From Nitrospinaceae bacterium (GTDB lineage Bacteria > Nitrospinota > Nitrospinia > Nitrospinales > VA-1), in assembly GCA_029261635.1 (NCBI GenBank), contig JAJDAW010000013.1, forward strand, positions 263 through 64,262: DNA of 64,000 nucleotides. The letters are read 5' to 3'. Numbering within the stretch: the first letter of the stretch is position 1; each line of letters begins with the position of its first letter. The notes beneath the pieces were generated by a model. It was not told where the DNA came from. It ran no database searches and was given only the letters and a program-made list of their open reading frames with translations. Shown here one piece after another: positions 38,219 through 47,542 of this stretch. Made by a program: the position numbers and the translations under genes.

Positions 38219-38241
38219 AGATTTGACCCCTTTTCTTTTCC
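38219..38241 (+). repeat. Left 23-bp inverted repeat flanking the DUF2075-like gene
   Basis: AGATTTGACCCCTTTTCTTTTCC; exact reverse complement at 40363-40385. Confidence 0.9.
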
Positions 38242-38290
38242 TTAATTAAAAATTTTCTTCATATATTGGTAAGTTTCTAAAGATTTGTAG

Positions 38291-40252
38291 CTAATTCAAT
38301 TCTTTAAATCCACAAGATAAAAGATATTCATAAATTGGATCGTAAAATTCAGGTTTCCTTGTATCGTCTTCCTTGTCACCTTCTGGAACAAAAATAACCA
38401 TACCTTGCCGAGCACGTGTCATTAATACTCTATACGAATTTAATAAATAAAATTGCCTTTCTGTTTGGGCATTATTTTGCCACTTAGTACCTTTAAAGGA
38501 ATAAAATTCCCAATTACCATCGTTTCTTCTTAAATTAGCATCCCAACAAAGACCAACCCAGTCAAGTTCAAGCCCTTGAATTTCAAATTCTGACGCAGCA
38601 TCTTCCAAATAGTAACTTGATCGAATATCTTGTTTATTTGAAAGAAACCAATGGGTCGGATCAATTTTAGATTTCATGTTCAAACCGTAAGGTTTTAGTC
38701 GAATCGCATTTGATGAAGAAACCAAGCCATATCTTTCGGACCCTCTAGAAACTTCTTTCAACCAATTCTTAACTTGTGTAAGGCTTCTTGATATATACAG
38801 TGGATAATTTTTTAACCCGCATAAAACCTCTTTTGCTTGTTGATTTTCCCCTTCTAATACCTTTCCAATATATTCTGAAAGACGTTCAGATCGAAAGGAT
38901 CTGATTGATGTCCCTAAATGAAGTTCAGAATATTTATTGATGAATGAAGGTCTGATTTTGTTAAATAACTCTGATGTGTTGCCATGTTCATATTCATAAA
39001 GTTTACTGGAAAAATAAATTGTCCAATCCTTTTTTGACTTTTCAACTGCCTTTACCCACTCAGCAACACCGGCTTCGCCAGAGTTAATTTCTTGGCCATT
39101 ACCAATTAAACATATAACAACGCACCAATCCTCATGTCGTGCCATCACGGATAGAAGAAATTCCGGTTCTGACTGTTCAAAATCACTTATACCCCGCTTT
39201 TGATTCATAAACCTACGTGTAGCACTTAGGTTCCAAGCCCTTTGTGCTTCGTCAAATACAACAACTTTTTCATGAGGTGGATTGAAATTACTTAAATATT
39301 CGTCTCTAAAGTGGTGAATATTTTGAACAAATGTTTTAGCTTTTTGCATAGCAGTTTTTTTAGAGACTTCATTTCTTTCCACTTCATCTCTAGCAAGGGC
39401 TTCCCTTAAAACATCGGCAAGGGGCCCATTTCCAGTTAGAAACACGCCTTCATCCTCAGAGTGACTTGCCCTTCTTGAAGAGGTGGCAATCTCTAATCCC
39501 GCCAAAGTTTTTCCAGAACCGGGAACACCTGTCACAAAAATAACCGATTTTTTTTTATTGGTTTTTGCCTCCTTAATTATTGAGAGGACTTTTGTGGCGG
39601 TTTCTTGTAAATTTTTTACACCAGCTTCTGATCTAGTTATTTCTTTTACTGAATGTCCGCTAAATAATGCCTTAGCAGCCTCTACAATCGTAGGTGTGGG
39701 CTTGTAACCGCTTGATGCCCAAATTTCGGATTTCCCATCAGGGCTGCCAAAGTTATTGGTAACTTCGATTAATATTTGCGTTAGTTTTTCAGGAGAAACT
39801 GCCGTAGGAAATGCGACTTTATCGTCAGCAAAATTACACGATTGAGATGGAAGATCAGTTTCTGTGGGAATCAAAATTGGGACAATGTATTTATTATGAC
39901 TACCAAGGTGAAAGTTTTTCAAGTCAAGTGAGTAGTCATGAGCCTGATCTAATCCGGAACTATCAGGTTGGTTTGCTCCAACTTTATACTCTAATAGGAA
40001 AATTATATTTTTTATCAACAGAACAATATCAGCACGCTTCCCCATTCTAGGAATGGAAAATTCAAAATATATTCTTCCTTCTTCTTTTATTTCTAATAGT
40101 GTCCGTTTGAGATGCTTAACTTGGAATTCCCATGCGCGCTTTTGATTTAAATCAAGAGCAAAGAAATGGGCTTTGGTTAGCTTTCCCATTATCTCTGAAT
40201 CGTTGAGCCTAAGAAATGTCTTAAAATCAAGATCGATGTATGAACGTTGCAT
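38291..40252 (-). CDS. DUF2075/Schlafen-type P-loop ATPase-helicase with N-terminal PD-(D/E)xK-like nuclease motif (Nhi-like candidate defence protein)
   Basis: GKRADIVLL...FLLEYKVG; Walker A VTGVPGSGKT; Walker B VVVFDEAQRAW; C-terminal YRVLMTRARQGMVIF. Confidence 0.7.
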   Translation of the reverse strand: MQRSYIDLDFKTFLRLNDSEIMGKLTKAHFFALDLNQKRAWEFQVKHLKRTLLEIKEEGRIYFEFSIPRMGKRADIVLLIKNIIFLLEYKVGANQPDSSGLDQAHDYSLDLKNFHLGSHNKYIVPILIPTETDLPSQSCNFADDKVAFPTAVSPEKLTQILIEVTNNFGSPDGKSEIWASSGYKPTPTIVEAAKALFSGHSVKEITRSEAGVKNLQETATKVLSIIKEAKTNKKKSVIFVTGVPGSGKTLAGLEIATSSRRASHSEDEGVFLTGNGPLADVLREALARDEVERNEVSKKTAMQKAKTFVQNIHHFRDEYLSNFNPPHEKVVVFDEAQRAWNLSATRRFMNQKRGISDFEQSEPEFLLSVMARHEDWCVVICLIGNGQEINSGEAGVAEWVKAVEKSKKDWTIYFSSKLYEYEHGNTSELFNKIRPSFINKYSELHLGTSIRSFRSERLSEYIGKVLEGENQQAKEVLCGLKNYPLYISRSLTQVKNWLKEVSRGSERYGLVSSSNAIRLKPYGLNMKSKIDPTHWFLSNKQDIRSSYYLEDAASEFEIQGLELDWVGLCWDANLRRNDGNWEFYSFKGTKWQNNAQTERQFYLLNSYRVLMTRARQGMVIFVPEGDKEDDTRKPEFYDPIYEYLLSCGFKELN

Positions 40253-40362
40253 GCAAGGTGCTACTTTCTATAGTTTATTTTTCATAATAAATGGTTGATA
40301 GCATATGATAGCGGATTGATATCTAAAGGGGTCATGAATGAAGGTGAAGGGGTCAAAAAAGG

Positions 40363-40385
40363 GGAAAAGAAAAGGGGTCAAATCT
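40363..40385 (-). repeat. Right 23-bp inverted repeat flanking the DUF2075-like gene
   Basis: GGAAAAGAAAAGGGGTCAAATCT; preceded by two further AAGGGGTCA copies at 40326 and 40347. Confidence 0.9.
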
Positions 40386-40420
40386 CCTCTTGGCTGCAAG
40401 TTTGAAAGAGGTACCCACGT

Positions 40421-41758
40421 TCAGGTATTGCTTATCGATTTCAATGCCTGCATCTCTTGTTGAGCAAACAGGTGGAAAGCTTTCTGGTTTTTTTCTTGCA
40501 GGTCTGGTCCGCCGGGTGACTGGAATGTCAGGGGGTTGATCGACTTTCCATTTTTTCTGAGATGAAAACAAAGGTGGGGTCCGGTTGCGGCCCCGGTGGC
40601 GCCTACATAGCCGATTACCTGGCCTTGCTGGACTTTCTTTCCCCGCGACATTTTCGCAGCATATCTCGACATGTGAGAATAAGAACTTACATATCCATTA
40701 CTATGTTTCAATTTAATATGTTTGCCTGAACGGGAACTGCGCGACACGTTAATCACCTCTCCATCACTGATGGCATAAATCGGTGTTCCTCGTGGTGCGG
40801 CATAATCGACAGCGCGATGAGCCAAGTGTTTTTTATAGATGGGATGAAACCGACTGTGGGTGAATCGAGATGTGATCCGTGTATATTTTAACGGACTCTT
40901 CAAAAATTGTTTCTTTAAGGGACGGCCATCAGAGCTGTAGTATCCACCATGCTCTCCTTCGGGCTTATAATAAACTGCGGACAAGCTTTTGCCCCGGTTT
41001 TGAAATGTAACGGCTCTTATTTTTCCAAAATCGACAAACTCTTGATCGAGAAACTTTTTCTCTACCAGAACTTTAAATGAGTCCCCCACTCGCAGGTCTT
41101 TAAAGAAATTGATCTGCCATGCAAAAATTTCTTCAAGGTCGATTGCTGTCTGATAGCTTCCCCCTGCTTGCAACACGGTCGTGATTAAGTTTTTTTGGAT
41201 GGTGCCTACCAGAGTTCCCATTCGGATTTCATATTCAGGAACTATAAAGCGAGAGACAAACTCAGCGTCTTTCCGTTCAATCAACAGCTCACGTTCCTTT
41301 TCTATTTGATAGCTAAAGGCAACCAACTGGTCATCAGAATTCAGTTTGATGGAATAGGGGTGCCCAGGGCGCAAGCGGCGAAGGTTATAGGTTGGCCGGG
41401 TTTGTTTTACCATCTCCAACACGGTCTTCAACGGTATTCCATGGTCGCCCATTAAATCTGACAAGCTTTGGTTTCTTGCAATTTTTCCTTCGATCAAACG
41501 GTAAACGGGTTCTACAATTTCAGGTTCTTTTAATTCGGGCTCTGGCACTTGTATTGGTTTTACTTCTAATGGACGAAATTCAATTTCATCCACTTGAGGG
41601 CTTTGAATGGTTTGGATGGGCTTGCCTTCGAAATAATGTGAAGCTCCAACCAAAAAAATGCTGATCAAGGCAACTCCAACAAACCAGACCTGCCGCCTCC
41701 ATTTGAAAATTTTTGGGTTGCTGGGTTTATTAGAAATATTTTGGTGAGTATCTGACAT
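40421..41758 (-). CDS. M23 family peptidase with N-terminal TM anchor (MepM/Csd3-like)
   Basis: HRAVDYAAPRGTPIYAISDGEV, GPHLCFHLRKNG. Confidence 0.85.
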   Translation of the reverse strand: MSDTHQNISNKPSNPKIFKWRRQVWFVGVALISIFLVGASHYFEGKPIQTIQSPQVDEIEFRPLEVKPIQVPEPELKEPEIVEPVYRLIEGKIARNQSLSDLMGDHGIPLKTVLEMVKQTRPTYNLRRLRPGHPYSIKLNSDDQLVAFSYQIEKERELLIERKDAEFVSRFIVPEYEIRMGTLVGTIQKNLITTVLQAGGSYQTAIDLEEIFAWQINFFKDLRVGDSFKVLVEKKFLDQEFVDFGKIRAVTFQNRGKSLSAVYYKPEGEHGGYYSSDGRPLKKQFLKSPLKYTRITSRFTHSRFHPIYKKHLAHRAVDYAAPRGTPIYAISDGEVINVSRSSRSGKHIKLKHSNGYVSSYSHMSRYAAKMSRGKKVQQGQVIGYVGATGAATGPHLCFHLRKNGKSINPLTFQSPGGPDLQEKNQKAFHLFAQQEMQALKSISNT

Positions 41759-42041
41759 GCGATCCTATCTCCGTAAAGAAATTATGCTTGAGGGTTGGGC
41801 AACGGGGGGAACCGGGCATATCCGCCAAAAAAATTACATAAAAACAATTTTCCGTTTGCACGCAAACAGCGATAATCGTAACTCATTCAATGACATAACG
41901 AAAGCATATTTTTACTTTTTGCATCAACGGCATTTATTGATTGGATTGGTAGAATACTTTTTCTTCAATCTGACGGGTTATTTTTGAAAGACCAAAAGAG
42001 AATGGATTATGACTACAACGGTCGGGTTGACCGGGGTCACT

Positions 42042-42224
42042 CTAGATTTCTGAATCTATAAAAGGGTCATCACTTTCGATGACATACTTTCCATCCAGCC
42101 AGGCACCGAGGTCGATGGTGCGACAACGCTCCGAGCAAAAGGGAAGATAGGGATTTTGCTCTTTATCCATTTCTGATGGTTTTTTACAAATGGGGCATTT
42201 TAATTTTTTTTCTTTTTCAGTCAT
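42042..42224 (-). CDS. yacG: DNA gyrase inhibitor YacG (zinc finger)
   Basis: CPICKKP...PFCSERCRTIDLGAWLDGKY; start placed at internal ATG (MTEKEKKL), ORF track extends to 42281. Confidence 0.75.
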   Translation of the reverse strand: MTEKEKKLKCPICKKPSEMDKEQNPYLPFCSERCRTIDLGAWLDGKYVIESDDPFIDSEI

Positions 42225-42612
42225 TTTTTCAGGCAATTTTTTGGAATGTTTTGGGGCAGAAAATTTACGAGATTTTAGCACCTCTTCTACTAGCTAAATC
42301 TATAAAATCCACACCTTAATTGCCAATAAAAATCCATTTTAGCCCACCTTTCGGTGTCTAATTGTCCGACACAATCATAACTACTTGTATATTAAGCTTT
42401 TATTGCTTTTTTGGTGGAATGGGGATACAATGGCGGTAATTGGGGTAAGGCATAACCATTTGAAAACAAGGGAATAATCATATTTCTCTCTAAATTCAAA
42501 GAGAAAGCTTTGCCGACAGGCAGTAATAAACTAATAAGATAACTATCAACAACTTACAGCTCTATTGCTGAAAGAGTGGCTGATACTTAACTAACCAGAC
42601 GGAAGAAAGCGC

Positions 42613-44697
42613 ATGATAACCGAAGTTCAATCACCGGATTTTTATAAGTTGTTGGGTGTGGAACCCAATGCCAACCAAAAAGAGATCGACCGTGCCTATC
42701 AGAAGCTAATAGGTAAGTTTGATTCTTCGGAAGGTAAAAGGGCATCGCTTGATAAACCTACCTTGAAAGAGCAGATCGAAGCGGCACAGGAGGCTTATGA
42801 CACGCTCTCTAATAAGGAAAAGCGCGAAGCTTATGATGCTGTGGCTCAGGTGAAAAAGAAGCCAGAACCTTCTGCTCCTGTTAAACCTGGCCCTCTTCAA
42901 TTTATGGGTCGCAAAGGTCAATCAAAAAATGCGAAGCACCAAAATGTTTATCAGGATTTTTTTGGTTTTTCTGAAAAGCCGTTCGACCTTACCCCTGATC
43001 CGAAATATCTCTATCTGAGTCCGAAGCATAAAGAAGTGCTGGCGCATCTGGTTTATGGTTTGCAGGAGAATAATGGATTCTTAAAAATTGTCGGCGAAGT
43101 GGGAACTGGCAAGACGATGATCTGCCGTAGTTTTCTAAGGGAGCTGAGAACAGATTTTAATATCGCTTATATATTTAATCCGGCTATCAATGGACTGGAA
43201 TTATTACAGACCATCAACAGTGAATTGGGGTTGCCTAGTAAAAGTAAGAGCAAAAAGAAACTGATCGATCTGCTCAACGCTTTTTTGCTGGAAGAAAGAG
43301 CGAAAGGCCACAGAGTCGTCGTTATTATTGATGAAGCTCAGGATTTAGAACCCAAGGTAATGGAACAGTTGAGGTTGCTTTCGAATCTTGAAACGGATAC
43401 TGAAAAACTCATTCAGATTGTATTGATCGGTCAGCCGGAGTTGGAAAAAGTCCTCGCCAAAGACGGACTGCGTCAGTTGCGTCAACGCATCACCATTCAG
43501 TGGGAACTGTTACCGCTCAATCTTGAAGAGACCCGTGGTTACATTCAACACAGGTTGAATGTGGCATTAGGAAAAGGGAAGGTTCGCTTTTCTCGCCCAG
43601 CAGTTGAAACGGTTTTTCGTTATTCGCGCGGAATTCCGCGAATGATCAATGTCATCTGTGACCGGACTTTGTTGATCGCTTACACAGAAGGCACCAAAAA
43701 GATTATTCCGCAAATTGTTAAAATCGCTGTGAAAGATATTGGTAGCCTGGTGCCGCTTGAATCCTGGACCGACAAGTTTTGGAAGCTGGTGATTCCTTCG
43801 GCGATTGCGGCGGGGCTTGGTTTCTTCGCTCTAAACTTTTTCGCGTTACCCGAATTCGATAACAAACCTCAAGGCAAAGATATTGCCGCTTTAATTAAAG
43901 AAGACCCTATCGACTTATCGTCACCGGGTGAGCTGATCAATTATTCTGCTGCCTCTGCAACCGTTGCTCCAGCTCTTCCAATAAATATTCCTGAAGTGGT
44001 GCCACAGCCAGCTGTTGTTGAAGAAGTTGCACCCCAACCGATTCCAAGCAATGGAATGTTGAGCATATCGGATTCGGAGAAACTTGTGACGTATCTTTCC
44101 AGCCTGACACTAATGGAAAGTAAGCTGGAAGCCATTAAATGGATTTTCGAAGCCTGGGATATTGCTCCCGAAAACCTTCAAGACAAAGAAGACTTGGAAA
44201 TATTGATAGAGGATCATCAGTTACTTCAGTATGAAATGAATGGAACTATGAAGCGATTGCAGAGCCTCAACTATCCTGCTCTTTTAGAGATTGCGCTTCC
44301 CAATGCACAGGGAACCAAATATTTGGCCCTGTCTTCTATTAAAGGAGATAAAGGCGTGTTCGGGTCAGTGGATAAAATTGAAATGCCGCTTTCGATCATC
44401 AATTCGATTTGGACAAGGAAAGCGATTGTTTTATGGAAAGATTTTGAAAACCTGCCAGAATCATTTGATCTGGGATTCGAAGGTAAAGAAGCGGTTTGGC
44501 TGCAAAAAAATCTTCGCCTTCTCGGTTATTTTCAAGGGCGAGAGGCCCCTTTGTATGGCCCTAAAACGATTCGCGCTGTAAGAAGACTTCAGCGTAACAA
44601 CAATATTAAAGATGATGGCAAATTTCAAATAGATAGCAAGATGCTTGTATATAATCTTCTGCAAATTTATCAAACCCCGGAGCTAGTAACCCGGTAA
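42613..44697 (+). CDS. J-like domain (HPD replaced) + ExeA/GspA-like AAA+ ATPase + TM + C-terminal peptidoglycan-binding domain
   Basis: DFYKLLGVEPNANQKEIDRAYQKLIGKFDSSEG...AYDTLSNKEKREAYD; VGEVGTGKT and VVVIIDEAQ; TM at ~aa 390-415; LQKNLRLLGYFQG...GPKTIRAVRRLQ. Confidence 0.75.
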   Translation: MITEVQSPDFYKLLGVEPNANQKEIDRAYQKLIGKFDSSEGKRASLDKPTLKEQIEAAQEAYDTLSNKEKREAYDAVAQVKKKPEPSAPVKPGPLQFMGRKGQSKNAKHQNVYQDFFGFSEKPFDLTPDPKYLYLSPKHKEVLAHLVYGLQENNGFLKIVGEVGTGKTMICRSFLRELRTDFNIAYIFNPAINGLELLQTINSELGLPSKSKSKKKLIDLLNAFLLEERAKGHRVVVIIDEAQDLEPKVMEQLRLLSNLETDTEKLIQIVLIGQPELEKVLAKDGLRQLRQRITIQWELLPLNLEETRGYIQHRLNVALGKGKVRFSRPAVETVFRYSRGIPRMINVICDRTLLIAYTEGTKKIIPQIVKIAVKDIGSLVPLESWTDKFWKLVIPSAIAAGLGFFALNFFALPEFDNKPQGKDIAALIKEDPIDLSSPGELINYSAASATVAPALPINIPEVVPQPAVVEEVAPQPIPSNGMLSISDSEKLVTYLSSLTLMESKLEAIKWIFEAWDIAPENLQDKEDLEILIEDHQLLQYEMNGTMKRLQSLNYPALLEIALPNAQGTKYLALSSIKGDKGVFGSVDKIEMPLSIINSIWTRKAIVLWKDFENLPESFDLGFEGKEAVWLQKNLRLLGYFQGREAPLYGPKTIRAVRRLQRNNNIKDDGKFQIDSKMLVYNLLQIYQTPELVTR

Positions 44698-44717
44698 CAC
44701 ATATACAGGCATAATAA

Positions 44718-45488
44718 ATGAGCACGATTTTAAAAACGCTAAAAAAACTTGAAGAAGAAAAAAGCGTTTTAGAAAAAGGATTGGACTTAAAAGAACTGGT
44801 TCTTCAGGATGAAGAAAAGCTTTTTTTTGATTCGCCAACTCCCCGAAGAACAATTTTAATAAGCGCAATATTATTTAGCGGAATCGCGTTCGGCCTGTTT
44901 TGGGTGTGGAAGGGCACCCCCCCAGAGAATCAAGTTGCTCGGGTTTCACCGCCGCGTACAGATCACTTTAAAATCCCGACTCCAGTTAAGAATCAATACG
45001 TCACACCGGTTCCCGGCATACCGCTTTCAAATATTCCAGAGCAAAAAAGACCTCATCAAGATTCTTCTGTGGTGAACAATTTTTATGCGGTAGAAAAAGA
45101 AATCCCAGAAATAATAGAGAGAATCATTGAGCCTGCTAAGCCGCCAGCCGTTCTTGCAAGAGGCAATCCTCAGAAGCAGCAAAAGCAGGATGTTTATGAA
45201 ATCCAGTCTTTAATCGCAACCGCAAAATCGTTGGCAGATGAGCCGGAAGAAATTCTTATTCCACAAATCAACAATGGTCTTTCCATTCCCGGTTTAAAAG
45301 TAAAAGGGATTATCTATTTTTCCGCTGGCAGTTCTTCCAATCATATTTTTGTGTCGACCCAAAAAAGTAATAACCATAAAATGCGTGTTGGCGATTCAAT
45401 TGATTCTGCCACTCTTATGAAAATAGAATCAACGGGTGCGGTGTTTGCTTATCAAGGCGGCATGGTTCTTCAAAAGCTTGGTGGATGA
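44718..45488 (+). CDS. GspB/ExeB-like protein
   Basis: MSTILKTLKKLEEEK N-terminus, one TM, C-terminal LKVKGIIYFSAGSSSNHIFV...GDSIDSATLMKIESTGAVFAYQG. Confidence 0.6.
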   Translation: MSTILKTLKKLEEEKSVLEKGLDLKELVLQDEEKLFFDSPTPRRTILISAILFSGIAFGLFWVWKGTPPENQVARVSPPRTDHFKIPTPVKNQYVTPVPGIPLSNIPEQKRPHQDSSVVNNFYAVEKEIPEIIERIIEPAKPPAVLARGNPQKQQKQDVYEIQSLIATAKSLADEPEEILIPQINNGLSIPGLKVKGIIYFSAGSSSNHIFVSTQKSNNHKMRVGDSIDSATLMKIESTGAVFAYQGGMVLQKLGG

Positions 45489-45506
45489 GCCCATTACAGC
45501 TCAACC

Positions 45507-45875
45507 TCACTCGCTTCCTTCCAAATTTTTGTATTGAATAGTTTTTCCTGGATAGCCTTGTTCGATTAAAAGGTCGATCACATTTTTTGTAGACTTGATA
45601 TGCAATTGCGCCGAAGGCATGCCATCGTGGTCCGGGCCTTCTTCCTCTAGAGAAATAATGCCGGGGCCAAGGTAGTTGCAATAAAAAGCTCCGAGAGGAC
45701 GAAAATTTTTTAGAGGCTCATTTTCCGGGCTGGAGTTGACGACTATCATCTTTGTCATTTCGTCAGGACCGGCATAAACTTCGAATAATCCCCCCTTCTG
45801 AATCGTGTGGTTCTGGCAATATGCAATAATGCGTTTGACCTCTTCGGGGGGGAGTGCTTTATAAATGGTATGCAA
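45507..45875 (-). CDS. Hypothetical protein
   Basis: 122-aa ORF, no motif recognised. Confidence 0.45.
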   Translation of the reverse strand: MHTIYKALPPEEVKRIIAYCQNHTIQKGGLFEVYAGPDEMTKMIVVNSSPENEPLKNFRPLGAFYCNYLGPGIISLEEEGPDHDGMPSAQLHIKSTKNVIDLLIEQGYPGKTIQYKNLEGSE

Positions 45876-45982
45876 ATATTATCTCCTGTTCTTGACTTGT
45901 ATGTAAATTTTATCAGTTTTTTTTCAGGAGTGGTTTGTAAATAATATTTTTGTTTAAATTAAATATTAATTTTAGGGAAATC

Positions 45983-46573
45983 ATGGAAGACAAACTCAAC
46001 CAAATTTTAAAAGGCATTCAAAAACTGGAAAACCAATTAACTTTTGAGCTTCAAAAAGGGGAAGAGGAGTTTTTTTATAAGGTTCAAAAAAAGCGTGTCA
46101 GATTTGAGCGAGAGATAAAAGCCAAGCATCGTTTAATGATAAAGCGGGTTCGCGATTATATTAGAGACGCAGCTTTTTTAAATGTTTTAACAGCTCCAAT
46201 TATCTGGTCCATTCTTTTTCCTGCAGTTTTTATGGATATGGTGATGTCGTTTTATCAGGCAGTCTGTTTCCCAATTTATGGGATTCCAAAGGTAGATCGC
46301 AGTAAATATATTGTTATCGACCGGCACTATCTCAGCTATCTAAATGGTGTGGAAAAACTAAACTGCGCCTATTGTGGGTATGTAAACGGTTTAATTGGCT
46401 ATATTCAGGAAATAGCAGCGCGGACGGAGCAATATTGGTGCCCGATAAAACATGCGCGAAAAACCCGGTTTGTGCATGGCAGGTACTCCAATTTTCTCAG
46501 TTATGGTGATGCGGAAGGGTATCGAAAACATATTGAAACCATCCGCCGTAAATTTGATGACATAAAGCAGTAA
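45983..46573 (+). CDS. Hypothetical membrane-associated protein with CxxC...C motif
   Basis: Coiled-coil N-terminus, hydrophobic segment IIWSILFPAVFMDMVMSFY, CAYCGYVNG...EQYWCPIKHA. Confidence 0.5.
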   Translation: MEDKLNQILKGIQKLENQLTFELQKGEEEFFYKVQKKRVRFEREIKAKHRLMIKRVRDYIRDAAFLNVLTAPIIWSILFPAVFMDMVMSFYQAVCFPIYGIPKVDRSKYIVIDRHYLSYLNGVEKLNCAYCGYVNGLIGYIQEIAARTEQYWCPIKHARKTRFVHGRYSNFLSYGDAEGYRKHIETIRRKFDDIKQ

Positions 46574-46666
46574 ATTCTTCTGTGGCTTTATGGTTTAGTC
46601 TTTTTGGTTTAATATTTTTAGATAATGTTGACTTTTTTGGTTCATCTCTGATAAACCCTATCGGCT

Positions 46667-47542
46667 ATGTATTTTCAAGATATCATTTTAAATCTTCAGA
46701 ATTTTTGGGCATCACGTGAGTGCGCCATCCATCAACCTTATGATATAGAGGTGGGGGCTGGCACGTTTAATCCCTGCACTTTTTTCAGGGTGCTGGGTCC
46801 CGAACCTTATAATGCTGCGTATGTAGAGCCCTCTCGCCGCCCGACGGATGGCAGGTATGGTGAAAACCCGAACCGTCTGCAACATTACTATCAGTTTCAG
46901 GTGATTCTTAAACCGTCCCCACAAGATGTGCAGGATCAATATTTAAACAGCCTCACTGTTCTGGGTGTGGACCCTTTGAAGCACGACATCCGGTTTGTTG
47001 AGGATGATTGGGAGTCGCCTACCCTGGGAGCCTGGGGGCTGGGTTGGGAAGTTTGGCTGGATGGCATGGAAATTACCCAGTTCACTTATTTCCAACAAGT
47101 GGGTGGAATAGATTTAAAACCGATTACCGCAGAGCTGACTTATGGATTGGAACGCATCGCGATGTATTTGCAAAATGTGGAAAATGTCTATGATTTGAAA
47201 TGGAATAAAAATCTTTTATATGGCGATGTCCACCTCGAAACAGAAAAACAGTTTTCCCGCTATAATTTCGAAGCCTCCAATAAGGAACGATTGTTTCAGT
47301 GGTTTGATATGTATGAAGCAGAAGCAAAAGAGTTACTGGAAAAAGAACTGGTTCTTCCTGCTTATGACTACACATTGAAATGCTCACATGCGTTTAATTT
47401 GTTAGATGCGAGAGGGGCTATCAGCGTAACCGAGCGAACAGGCTTTATAGGGAGGGTTCGCAACCTTGCGCGTTTATGCGCTGAAGTTTATGTGCAGCAG
47501 AGAGAGGCTATGCAGTTTCCACTGTTAAAAAATAAATCTTAA
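46667..47542 (+). CDS. glyQ: Glycine--tRNA ligase alpha subunit
   Basis: [24 protein letters not shown]..., [23 protein letters not shown]. Confidence 0.97.
   Translation: MYFQDIILNLQNFWASRECAIHQPYDIEVGAGTFNPCTFFRVLGPEPYNAAYVEPSRRPTDGRYGENPNRLQHYYQFQVILKPSPQDVQDQYLNSLTVLGVDPLKHDIRFVEDDWESPTLGAWGLGWEVWLDGMEITQFTYFQQVGGIDLKPITAELTYGLERIAMYLQNVENVYDLKWNKNLLYGDVHLETEKQFSRYNFEASNKERLFQWFDMYEAEAKELLEKELVLPAYDYTLKCSHAFNLLDARGAISVTERTGFIGRVRNLARLCAEVYVQQREAMQFPLLKNKS

Noticed and set aside
39548-39556. T9/A9 homopolymer inside the DUF2075-like gene (encoding KKK), and a similar A9 in the STAND gene at 49853-49861, as possible slipped-strand phase-variation tracts
   Set aside because: Runs of 8-9 A/T encoding Lys-Lys-Lys also occur in ordinary genes here (for example 5453-5460 and 19093-19100). 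The tracts are short for contingency loci and there is no evidence of length variation.
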